In this document: positions 37,952 to 45,584 of the stretch, one piece after another
Layout of the letters: each line of letters starts with the position of its first letter
Position numbering within the stretch: the stretch's first letter is position 1
Virus record (IMG/VR): IMGVR_UViG_3300029288_000055
Coordinates: 298,764 to 362,763 of that record
DNA: 64,000 nt
Reading direction: 5' to 3' (one strand)
Origin: a virus
Taxonomy: Duplodnaviria > Heunggongvirae > Uroviricota > Caudoviricetes
Made by a program: the position numbers and the translations under genes
Notes under the pieces: model-generated
What the model was told of the DNA's origin: nothing
What the model saw: only the letters and a program-made list of their open reading frames with translations
Database searches by the model: none

Positions 37952-37965
37952 TTTCAAGTATTTGA

Positions 37966-39147
37966 TTAAGTGAACTGCTTATTTGTTAAAAACAAATGTG
38001 CTTCAGAAGTCAACACTCCAACCATTGTTGGCAGTTCGTTCTGAGTTTGAGTATCCATTCCAGATACATAATTTCTTAAAGCAAAATTCTTAATGTTAAT
38101 TGCTGCATTAATATCACGATCATGAATTGTGTTGCAATTTTTACAAGTCCAAACTCTATCTTTAAGTTCTAATTCTTTATTAATTGTGCCACAAACATTA
38201 CAGGTTTTTGAACTTGATTCAAATCTACCGATTTGTATAATGTTTTTGCCCTGCCATTCTGCTTTGTATTTTAGCATATCAATAAACATGCCCCAACCAA
38301 CATCAATTATTGATTGTGCCAAAGAATGATTTTGTAACATACCATTAATATTAAGATTTTCAATAGCAATAGATTGATTCTCTCCAATTAGCTTAGTTGA
38401 AATCTTATTTAAGAAGTCTTTTCGTTGATTACCTATTTTTTCATGTAAAATAGTTAATTTATGTTTTGTTCGTTTACCTTTATATTTTGAATATTTACTT
38501 TGTATGTATTTAAGTCTTGATTGTACTATTCGTAAAAATTTTGGATTTTCAAATACTTCACCTTTGGAAGTTACGAGAAATGATTTAATTCCCAAATCAA
38601 TACCAGTAGTATTATCGTTTTCAATATTTATTTTATTTGGCAATATAATGTTATTTTCAACCAATATTGATATAAAATATTTATTTGTTGGTGTTTTAAT
38701 TATTGTAGCTTGTTTAATTGTTCCTTTAAAATTTCTATGTAAAACAATATTAATACCTTTTCTGAACTTAGGTATAATAATTTTATTTGTATTGAAATTG
38801 ACAACAATATTTTGTTGTATATTAAATGATTGTTTTGCTGTTTTCTTTTTAAATTTAGGAAAATCGCCCTGTCCTTTAAAAAATTTTGTAAAGGCATTAT
38901 CCAGATGTGTTATTGCTTGTTGTAAAGATTGTGAATTTATTTCTTTAAGCCATTCACATTCCTTCTTTAGTTCAGGAAGTTGTTTGATCAAATCAAAGCA
39001 ATTTAAATTAATTTTATTTCCAGCATATGCAGTTTGTTTTGTTTCAAGAGCTAAATTATATACAAAACGACAACTGCCAATATGTTTGTTTATTAGTTCT
39101 ATTTGTTGTTTAGTAGGATATATTCTATATTTGTATGTTTTTAACAT
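37966..39147 (-). CDS. tnpB: IS200/IS605-family TnpB (OrfB) RNA-guided RuvC nuclease
   Basis: N-terminal MLKTYKYRIYPTKQQ...CRFVYN (OrfB_IS605). RuvC-I in GIDLGIK, RuvC-II in IAIENLNI, a zinc finger CNVCG...CKNCN and RuvC-III in HDRDINAAINI. The D-E-D triad is intact. Confidence 0.85.
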   Translation of the reverse strand: MLKTYKYRIYPTKQQIELINKHIGSCRFVYNLALETKQTAYAGNKINLNCFDLIKQLPELKKECEWLKEINSQSLQQAITHLDNAFTKFFKGQGDFPKFKKKTAKQSFNIQQNIVVNFNTNKIIIPKFRKGINIVLHRNFKGTIKQATIIKTPTNKYFISILVENNIILPNKINIENDNTTGIDLGIKSFLVTSKGEVFENPKFLRIVQSRLKYIQSKYSKYKGKRTKHKLTILHEKIGNQRKDFLNKISTKLIGENQSIAIENLNINGMLQNHSLAQSIIDVGWGMFIDMLKYKAEWQGKNIIQIGRFESSSKTCNVCGTINKELELKDRVWTCKNCNTIHDRDINAAINIKNFALRNYVSGMDTQTQNELPTMVGVLTSEAHLFLTNKQFT

Positions 39148-39215
39148 TTTCTAAAAATATTATTAATTTAATATAAATACAAGAATTTATAGAAAAAAAA
39201 TATTTATTTAAATTT
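37966..39215 (-). mobile_element. IS605-family-like element carrying only tnpB (no tnpA); boundaries not resolved
   Basis: The TnpB gene has 68 nt of AT-rich upstream flank and only 15 nt before the next gene. No IS200-type TnpA (HuH) ORF is nearby. Confidence 0.4.
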
Positions 39216-39671
39216 TTAAATATCATCTTTTTTTTCGTTTTTCTGAATTTGATTAAATAATTCTTCTTCTGTGCTTGGCATTTCATTTAAGTATTCTTCT
39301 GTAGCACAATCATTTTCGAATTGTCTTTCAGCTTCTTCTTCCCTGCGCTGTTCTGCATCACGTTCTTTCATATCATCTTCATAACGCATACGTTCCCATT
39401 CTTCCTCTTGTTGTCGTTCATAATCTGCTGCTCGTTCTCTTCTTTCATAATTTCGTCTTTCTTCATCTCTTTCTCGCCTTTCATCTTCTTCTCTTTCTTC
39501 TTCACGTTTTCTTTCAGCTTCTTGTTCGTCTTTTCTGCCATCCCAATAAGCACGATCTTCACCATCATAAGCATATTTATCATGATAATAATCACTACGA
39601 TGATGTTTTTCATCATCATGACCCTGCTTATTAGCTTCGTCTTCTTCCCAAGAAAAATAATGTCTGTACAT
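39216..39671 (-). CDS. E/R-rich low-complexity (polyampholyte) protein
   Basis: ERKREEEREEDERRERDEERRNYERRER... The start is probably MYRHYFSWEED at 39671, just after the stop of 39676..39885. Both strands are open here because of GAA/AGA-rich composition. Confidence 0.45.
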   Translation of the reverse strand: MYRHYFSWEEDEANKQGHDDEKHHRSDYYHDKYAYDGEDRAYWDGRKDEQEAERKREEEREEDERRERDEERRNYERRERAADYERQQEEEWERMRYEDDMKERDAEQRREEEAERQFENDCATEEYLNEMPSTEEELFNQIQKNEKKDDI

Positions 39672-39675
39672 AATT

Positions 39676-39885
39676 TTATAGTTCTTCTTCCAGAAATTTG
39701 ATAAATTTTTTACGTATATTGGATAAAACTTGTATCCTATTAATATGATCGTTACTGTCAGTAATACTTGGCTGAACATCAATTACACCTTTGATCATTC
39801 GAATTGCTTGCATGATTGGTTCGATATCATCAATGCGCATATCTTCTGCAAGTGTAACTGTAAATCCTTTTACTCTATCTGTCAT
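39676..39885 (-). CDS. hypothetical protein (69 aa)
   Basis: ORF track. Confidence 0.45.
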   Translation of the reverse strand: MTDRVKGFTVTLAEDMRIDDIEPIMQAIRMIKGVIDVQPSITDSNDHINRIQVLSNIRKKFIKFLEEEL

Positions 39886-39900
39886 AATATATATTTTTAA

Positions 39901-40233
39901 TTAATATAATCGTTGTTCAGGAAGTGCTTTGATATGTTCATACATAAACCCCCTTTTACCACTGAGAGAAACAATGTTTCCATCTTTATTATAAAAGACA
40001 AGTGAATAATAAGGATGTTGATAAGCATTAACCCAAACCCTTCTCACCACTTTAGCTTTCAAGGAATCATTACTGCATGATAATTCTTTAATTGTACTTA
40101 CCAAAAGTGAATCATCCTCTGCAATAAATATATTGGATTTAACATATACAATATCACCAACATCATATTTAAATTTGTGATGTGTACATGATAAGCATGT
40201 GATAGCACATAAGAAAAATAAAATTTTTTTCAT
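39901..40233 (-). CDS. putative lipoprotein (110 aa)
   Basis: MKKILFFLCAITCLSC|TH lipobox. Confidence 0.5.
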   Translation of the reverse strand: MKKILFFLCAITCLSCTHHKFKYDVGDIVYVKSNIFIAEDDSLLVSTIKELSCSNDSLKAKVVRRVWVNAYQHPYYSLVFYNKDGNIVSLSGKRGFMYEHIKALPEQRLY

Positions 40234-40252
40234 ATCATATTTTTATTTAAAA

Positions 40253-40477
40253 TTATTCTGCTTGTATATATCGTTTATTTCCAACATAAACATTAATTTC
40301 TGGTCGAAAACTATCTTTATGTTCGCCATAAATGAAATTATCACTCCACCAATGTTCAAAACGTTGTTTTTGTTCCGTTTCTGTATATTTGTTGCAATAA
40401 TCAGGATTTATGTGTTTCATCCCGTCATTATATGCTTTCCATGCCAAATCTTTGGCTGTTGTCATTGCTTTTGTCAT
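40253..40477 (-). CDS. hypothetical protein (74 aa)
   Basis: ORF track. Confidence 0.45.
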   Translation of the reverse strand: MTKAMTTAKDLAWKAYNDGMKHINPDYCNKYTETEQKQRFEHWWSDNFIYGEHKDSFRPEINVYVGNKRYIQAE

Positions 40478-40483
40478 GATTAT

Positions 40484-40633
40484 TTACATTAATGTTGAAA
40501 TTAATATTAAACCTAATCCAATTACCATACCAATAAGGTATAATTTAATCCTTCTTATGTGACCTACTTTCCAAGGTTCACCAAACCATTTCTCAAAGTC
40601 TCTTTCGAATTGTTTATTTTCTTCTTCTGTCAT
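40484..40633 (-). CDS. small membrane protein (49 aa)
   Basis: Not in the track. MTEEENKQFERDFEKWFGEPWKVGHIRRIKLYLIGMVIGLGLILISTLM. Confidence 0.35.
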   Translation of the reverse strand: MTEEENKQFERDFEKWFGEPWKVGHIRRIKLYLIGMVIGLGLILISTLM

Positions 40634-40644
40634 AAATTAAACAT

Positions 40645-40881
40645 TTATTCTGGTTTTAACATATTAAATATTAGATTATAAAACTTTTTAGCATTTTCTT
40701 TGTCATAATTATTGAAACAATCATCACGTTTTTCTTCAGAATCAAATCCAAGACTTATTATCGGTCTGACTTCTTTGAAGTCAATTATTTGTTTAACTTC
40801 ATATTCACTATTAGTTTCATCCTTCATTATTAAAACCTGATAATTTTCTACTTCGAAAATTTTTGCAAACTCATTTTCCAT
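40645..40881 (-). CDS. hypothetical protein (78 aa)
   Basis: ORF track. Confidence 0.45.
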   Translation of the reverse strand: MENEFAKIFEVENYQVLIMKDETNSEYEVKQIIDFKEVRPIISLGFDSEEKRDDCFNNYDKENAKKFYNLIFNMLKPE

Positions 40882-40903
40882 ATTATTAATTTTAAATAAC
40901 TAA

Positions 40904-41143
40904 TTATAGGTAGTTCACCCAAAAATACCATAACCAATAAATATGATCATGAAACCATCCTTCAATTGCAAGTTTCCAGACATTATTCCAACTACCAATT
41001 TGACATCTTGGACAGTTTTTATCATGATCTCTATGTGTACTACAAATTGAGAACCATTTCTGTTTTCTCAATCCCTTGCCTCTAACAGTCATACCTTCTT
41101 TATTTTCAGTAAATGCCATCCGTCTTGCTTGTGCTCGGTTCAT
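40904..41143 (-). CDS. hypothetical protein (79 aa)
   Basis: ORF track. Contains CSTHRDHDKNCPRCQ. Confidence 0.45.
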   Translation of the reverse strand: MNRAQARRMAFTENKEGMTVRGKGLRKQKWFSICSTHRDHDKNCPRCQIGSWNNVWKLAIEGWFHDHIYWLWYFWVNYL

Positions 41144-41355
41144 ACTTCGTCAAGATCATCATTGAATTTAATTTGTGCATAATCTTCTGGACTTGCATCT
41201 TTAATAGGTATCAAAAATGGAGCAGCAATTTGTTCAATATTTACACCTTCTTTAAGACTATCAAGTATACCTGAATCTTCAATAATAAGTTCATTAGAAA
41301 CATCATCATAATCTTCCCAATCAACAATCATTTTTAAATAAATTGTTCTTTTCAT
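41140..41355 (-). CDS. hypothetical acidic protein (71 aa)
   Basis: ORF track. Confidence 0.45.
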   Translation of the reverse strand: MKRTIYLKMIVDWEDYDDVSNELIIEDSGILDSLKEGVNIEQIAAPFLIPIKDASPEDYAQIKFNDDLDEV

Positions 41356-41359
41356 TTTA

Positions 41360-41530
41360 TTAATCTTGTATATCTACTTTACCATAAATTATTGTTTCAG
41401 CAGTACCATTTTTAAATCTTATTTCAGCATGATCATCAAATTCAATAAATTCAATAATCCATTCACAACCACCATAAATAATGGTTTCACCAACTTTATA
41501 CCAAACACCATCCCATAAAATTCTTCTCAT
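41360..41530 (-). CDS. small hypothetical protein (56 aa)
   Basis: Not in the track. MRRILWDGVWYKVGETIIYGGCEWIIEF... Its stop is followed by the next ATG. Confidence 0.35.
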   Translation of the reverse strand: MRRILWDGVWYKVGETIIYGGCEWIIEFIEFDDHAEIRFKNGTAETIIYGKVDIQD

Positions 41531-41629
41531 GATAATTTCATTTGTTTTGATTTCACCAAAAATTCATTTTCATTTTTAATTAAAAGATTTGTTAAATTTT
41601 TCATAATAAAATTTTTTCAAAGATATATT

Positions 41630-42205
41630 TTATAAATATAATAAACAACAGTGTTTATATTTTTTTCCTGAATTGCAAGGACAAGGTTCATTTCGACCAA
41701 CATCAATTGGTTTTGGTGGCACAAATGAAAGGTCTTCAATACGTTCCTCAATACCATTAAGATGATTAATCTCATGTTGCCAGACTTGTGCTTCAAAACC
41801 TTTAACAAATTCTCGATTTTTAACACCTACTTCATCATAATAATCAACAATTATTGCACGATTACGTTCAGCAACAATTCTTTTGCCTTTCCATGTTAAA
41901 CAACCTTCAACTTTAATTTCTTTAATACCAACATATTCAATAATATATGGGTCAATTATTAATCGCCAATTTGCTTGTGGATTTCCATTGATATTTATTT
42001 CTCTTAATGCAAACACTCTCAGCATAAATCTTTCAGTATCAAGACTGGTTTGATTTGCAGCCAGACCTACTGCATCAAATCTGGTAAATGAATAATCTTT
42101 GAATGCTTGTAATTGTTTAATGTTTTGAATAAAAAACAATTCAATGTTTTCAACATCTGGGACTCTGGGAGTCTGTTGGTTTGGTATTACTTCAAATACA
42201 TTCAT
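41630..42205 (-). CDS. def: peptide deformylase with a C-terminal SEC-C motif
   Basis: The three PDF motifs are present: GLAANQ, EGCLT and QHEINHL. The C-terminus has PCPCNSGKKYKHCC (SEC-C). Confidence 0.8.
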   Translation of the reverse strand: MNVFEVIPNQQTPRVPDVENIELFFIQNIKQLQAFKDYSFTRFDAVGLAANQTSLDTERFMLRVFALREININGNPQANWRLIIDPYIIEYVGIKEIKVEGCLTWKGKRIVAERNRAIIVDYYDEVGVKNREFVKGFEAQVWQHEINHLNGIEERIEDLSFVPPKPIDVGRNEPCPCNSGKKYKHCCLLYL

Positions 42206-42206
42206 A

Positions 42207-42746
42207 TTATTTACAAGTTTCTAAAAATTCATTAAAATCGACAAACAATTCTTTTGCCATAGCAATATAATATTGTTTTTGTTCATCATTTTTAGCATTT
42301 TTTATATTTTCTCTTAGACTTATAACAAATTTTTCTTTTTCAGATAGTTTTGGTTTTGGAATATCAATAAGTTTAAGTGCCAGTTTTAATGCATCTTCAA
42401 ATGCATCTTCATATTTATCTTTACATTCGGTACTTGCATTGCAATCCCCAATACAATCTACTATCATCACCAATCCGTAATAATTAATACTTCCTTTTCT
42501 ATTTAATTGTGGTATTACAAATGGTTTTACAAATGCTTCAATTCCATGTGTTTCTCTTAACCATTTTGCAAGAAATTCCTGAGTAGGTGCTGAAAATTGA
42601 TTTTTATCATTATGTTTATTGGTGTTACTAACATGATGACAACCAATATAATCATCATATATACCATGTAAATCACGGCATTCTTCGTCAAATCCTTTTT
42701 CTTTGGCTAATTTAGCAGTTTCTTCTTTTATTGTTTCTTCGTACAT
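42207..42746 (-). CDS. hypothetical protein (179 aa)
   Basis: ORF track. Confidence 0.55.
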   Translation of the reverse strand: MYEETIKEETAKLAKEKGFDEECRDLHGIYDDYIGCHHVSNTNKHNDKNQFSAPTQEFLAKWLRETHGIEAFVKPFVIPQLNRKGSINYYGLVMIVDCIGDCNASTECKDKYEDAFEDALKLALKLIDIPKPKLSEKEKFVISLRENIKNAKNDEQKQYYIAMAKELFVDFNEFLETCK

Positions 42747-42750
42747 ATAA

Positions 42751-43167
42751 TTATTTATTATACCATATTACTGAATCAAATTCTCTTCTTATTGCCCTGT
42801 GTTTCATATCGCTGGGACATATAGGTATGTTTGTTTCCTGACCATCTTTACCGTAATAACCAGAACCATCTGAATCAATAAACCAACCTTCTTTACATGC
42901 TTCAATAAATTCATCCAAAGTCATTACATCACCATATGAAGGAATTGGAGAAAGTTCGTAAGGCATAATCATTCGTCTTTTTCTGTCGAGCTTTGCGAGT
43001 TCCATTTTTTCATAATAAACATATTCCCAATATTCTTCAAATGATTTATTGTCATTTTTTTTGTCAGCATACCATTCTTTATCTTTCTCGACAACAATCT
43101 TTTCCAGAACAATAACATATTCATCGATTTTCTTAAGTTGTTCTTCAATTGTCAATTTTTTTTTCAT
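42751..43167 (-). CDS. hypothetical protein (138 aa)
   Basis: ORF track. Confidence 0.55.
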   Translation of the reverse strand: MKKKLTIEEQLKKIDEYVIVLEKIVVEKDKEWYADKKNDNKSFEEYWEYVYYEKMELAKLDRKRRMIMPYELSPIPSYGDVMTLDEFIEACKEGWFIDSDGSGYYGKDGQETNIPICPSDMKHRAIRREFDSVIWYNK

Positions 43168-43988
43168 ACTATTTGTTTTTTACGATCAAGGTGACTAAAT
43201 TCATGGCTTCTTATACATGAAGCACAATGCGGAATAAATACTCCATAAAATATCTTGTTAAATTCTTTAAATCTCTCAGCAAAACCACCATCAATATATT
43301 CATATACATCAGCATATTTCCATACACCAAAACCACATTTGAATATGTCACCAACTTCATCAATAAGAAATGAATATTGATTCTTTGGATTCTGGCAATA
43401 ACATCCCATCATTGAATAGAATCCAAATGAACCTTCTGCTCTACCAATAGGCACTAAATTAAATTCACTTTCATCAAGATCAGAAGTTCTGGTAAGAATA
43501 TTATTTTTTCTAAGTAATTTATCTGCCTTTACAATATTTTTATTAGTATGCCACATATCTTTTGAGATCACGACATAACAGTTATTGTATTTGGTGAAAT
43601 GTTTAGCAAAACTTGGTTCTTCAACTACCCAATCACCATTAGAAACAACTCTTGCACAAGTTACTGCAGGAACAAGCAAGTCCAGTATTTCACGCCAGTT
43701 CGGATTGCAAAAGATTTCGCCACCCATAAGATTGATCTGGTAAACTTCATTTTTAATTAAAAACTTTGCAATTTTTTTGGCTGATTCAACAGTCATATGA
43801 GTATCTTTGTTTGGAGAACAAGAATAACAACAATGCGAACATGATTGTGTGCATTTAAGAGTAATGCGAATAGTTGCGGTGAGTTTGCGGGGACACTCTT
43901 TTTTGATTGCACAGATTTCGCAATTACAAGTGCCTACTCCACCTTTAGCTTTGCATACTTTCTCCAGACAAATATTACAAGGTTTCAT
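43164..43988 (-). CDS. radical SAM enzyme with an N-terminal Cys-rich extension
   Basis: CTQSCSHC matches CxxxCxxC, GGEIF is a GGE-type motif, and a CNIC...C..C..C...C..C cluster sits at the N-terminus. Confidence 0.5.
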   Translation of the reverse strand: MKPCNICLEKVCKAKGGVGTCNCEICAIKKECPRKLTATIRITLKCTQSCSHCCYSCSPNKDTHMTVESAKKIAKFLIKNEVYQINLMGGEIFCNPNWREILDLLVPAVTCARVVSNGDWVVEEPSFAKHFTKYNNCYVVISKDMWHTNKNIVKADKLLRKNNILTRTSDLDESEFNLVPIGRAEGSFGFYSMMGCYCQNPKNQYSFLIDEVGDIFKCGFGVWKYADVYEYIDGGFAERFKEFNKIFYGVFIPHCASCIRSHEFSHLDRKKQIV

Positions 43989-44226
43989 TATCGTCCTTTA
44001 ATTTTATGTTTAAAAGAAATGCAATATCTTTAATGCTATAATCAATGATGCCTTTAAAATCTTCACGTTTAAGTTTTGGCTGAGAACTGAATTGGCAAGC
44101 AACACCAATTAAATCAGTTTTCCATTTAGTATTAGGCTGTCTGCATGCCATTTCATCAATTGCCATTGCGAGATAATGAAATTTTTCAGCAAGTGTAACA
44201 TTACGTCTCTTTTTACATTTTCTCAT
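43975..44226 (-). CDS. hypothetical protein (83 aa)
   Basis: ORF track. Confidence 0.45.
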   Translation of the reverse strand: MRKCKKRRNVTLAEKFHYLAMAIDEMACRQPNTKWKTDLIGVACQFSSQPKLKREDFKGIIDYSIKDIAFLLNIKLKDDNETL

Positions 44227-44228
44227 AA

Positions 44229-44423
44229 CTATCGTAATTTCATATGATGAATAAATTCAAAATTTTTGTCATTAATACACTCATAACAAATGAGTTTCCA
44301 TTCGGGATGTAATTTTGTTTGCTCTTTAATTGTCTTGTCGTCAAGATATTTTTTATGATCTTTTTCATTCCAAGAATTACTGAATTTTCCAGTTTCGATA
44401 TTAAGCCAACAATATTTTTTCAT
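44229..44423 (-). CDS. hypothetical protein (64 aa)
   Basis: ORF track. Confidence 0.45.
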   Translation of the reverse strand: MKKYCWLNIETGKFSNSWNEKDHKKYLDDKTIKEQTKLHPEWKLICYECINDKNFEFIHHMKLR

Positions 44424-44449
44424 AAAGTAAAGTTACTACATTATTATCA

Positions 44450-44480
44450 TTATACGATATTTTTGTGAAAAAGTTACACT
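44450..44480 (-). promoter_or_regulatory. promoter-like motif GTGTAAC-N16-CGTATAAT (minus-sense)
   Basis: The + strand reads ATTATACG-N16-GTTACAC. The upstream gene's stop is inside the box. Confidence 0.45.
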
Positions 44481-45529
44481 TTTTCAATTAATTCATTCTT
44501 GATAATTTTATTTGTGCTCCAGTGACCATGATTATTCTGTACGTGATTTTTCCGTACAAATTTGCCACACACATTGCGAAATTCAGCGTAATGAAATTCT
44601 CTTGCAAGTCTGACCACATAACCTTCCATAGTATCAGAAGTTGCTTTCACCTTTTTATTGAGATTTTCGATCACCTTCATATCCCAAATACCTTTATATA
44701 AAACAGGCATAAGTGTAAGTCCAAGTAGTTGTGCCCATTCTTCAGTTTCGTGCCAACTCAGACAAATGTTTTTTTCATTCCAGATACTGAACATATAGAA
44801 ATATGTACTGAGTGCATTCCCTTTTTCTTTTCTATAATGAATAGCATGTTTGGCATACATATTTTCACCACAAACTCGCCAGCCTTCAGGTATTTCATAA
44901 CCTACTTGTGCCCAAAGACTTTTAACCCAATTACGTGAAGGATGTGAACCACTGTCAAGAGATCGGGCATGTGTGTATGTTTTACCAAAAGTTGTGTTTT
45001 CACCATCAAGTTTTTCACCGATTATAACTTCTTCCTCTTCAAAAACTTCAACATTAGTCATCATACGATCATCCCTGTTCATACCTTCTGACCAAGGCAA
45101 ATGATATGTTCTTGGATATTTAACCATATCAGTGAATAATCCAAGTACATTACCTTGTTTCAAAATTTTTTGTACCGATTCATCTTCGAATAATTCACCT
45201 TTGAGTCTTGTGCCGTTTTTCTGTATTTCATTTCCCCATTTATCATATTCTGCATCTTGATAGAAATGATCTGGCATTATTATTTTGGTTATACCAGCAG
45301 CTTTACGAATTTCTTCGCAACTAAGTGTTGTTTCTTCTGCTTGAATATGGTGCTTACTACATAAACTTGCACCATTATTGATGAAGTATCCCTGAGTAGT
45401 ACCAAACAAGCGTCTTTCGACTATATGGTGAGCGTCTTGTGCTTGTTCATGGCATATAATACATTTAAATCCGTCTCTTTTGAAAACGGATTCTCTGAAG
45501 GTATCTCTATCTAATAATATCTCTTCCAT
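44474..45529 (-). CDS. HNH endonuclease fused to an Rnl2-like RNA ligase (nucleotidyltransferase)
   Basis: N-terminal CIICHEQAQDAHHIVER...N...CSKHH is an HNH motif. The ligase motifs are KYPRTYHL, motif I KLDGEN, motif III VCGENMYAKH, motif IV EGYVVRL and motif V KFVRK. Confidence 0.6.
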   Translation of the reverse strand: MEEILLDRDTFRESVFKRDGFKCIICHEQAQDAHHIVERRLFGTTQGYFINNGASLCSKHHIQAEETTLSCEEIRKAAGITKIIMPDHFYQDAEYDKWGNEIQKNGTRLKGELFEDESVQKILKQGNVLGLFTDMVKYPRTYHLPWSEGMNRDDRMMTNVEVFEEEEVIIGEKLDGENTTFGKTYTHARSLDSGSHPSRNWVKSLWAQVGYEIPEGWRVCGENMYAKHAIHYRKEKGNALSTYFYMFSIWNEKNICLSWHETEEWAQLLGLTLMPVLYKGIWDMKVIENLNKKVKATSDTMEGYVVRLAREFHYAEFRNVCGKFVRKNHVQNNHGHWSTNKIIKNELIEKV

Positions 45530-45534
45530 AGAGC

Positions 45535-45565
45535 ATTATACGAAATAAATTTAAATTGGTTACAA
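45535..45565 (-). promoter_or_regulatory. promoter-like motif TTGTAAC-N16-CGTATAAT (minus-sense)
   Basis: The ATG of the HNH-ligase gene lies 5 nt downstream, which suggests a leaderless transcript. Confidence 0.5.
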
Positions 45566-45584
45566 AAAAAGAAAAACTAAGTCA

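Noticed and set aside
37640-37957. Treating the 105-aa ORF downstream of tnpB as spurious, merely the IS right end or omega-RNA region
   Set aside because: A 103-codon open frame is highly improbable by chance in 30% GC DNA. Its stop codon also shows the same embedded-in-TTGTAAC arrangement as bona fide genes. It is kept as a real gene, with the omega-RNA overlap flagged as a question.
39321-39701. + strand 126-aa ORF and - strand 83-aa ORF inside the E/R-rich gene
   Set aside because: These are artefacts of low-complexity purine/pyrimidine-skewed sequence. Their orientation or frame is inconsistent with the gene block.
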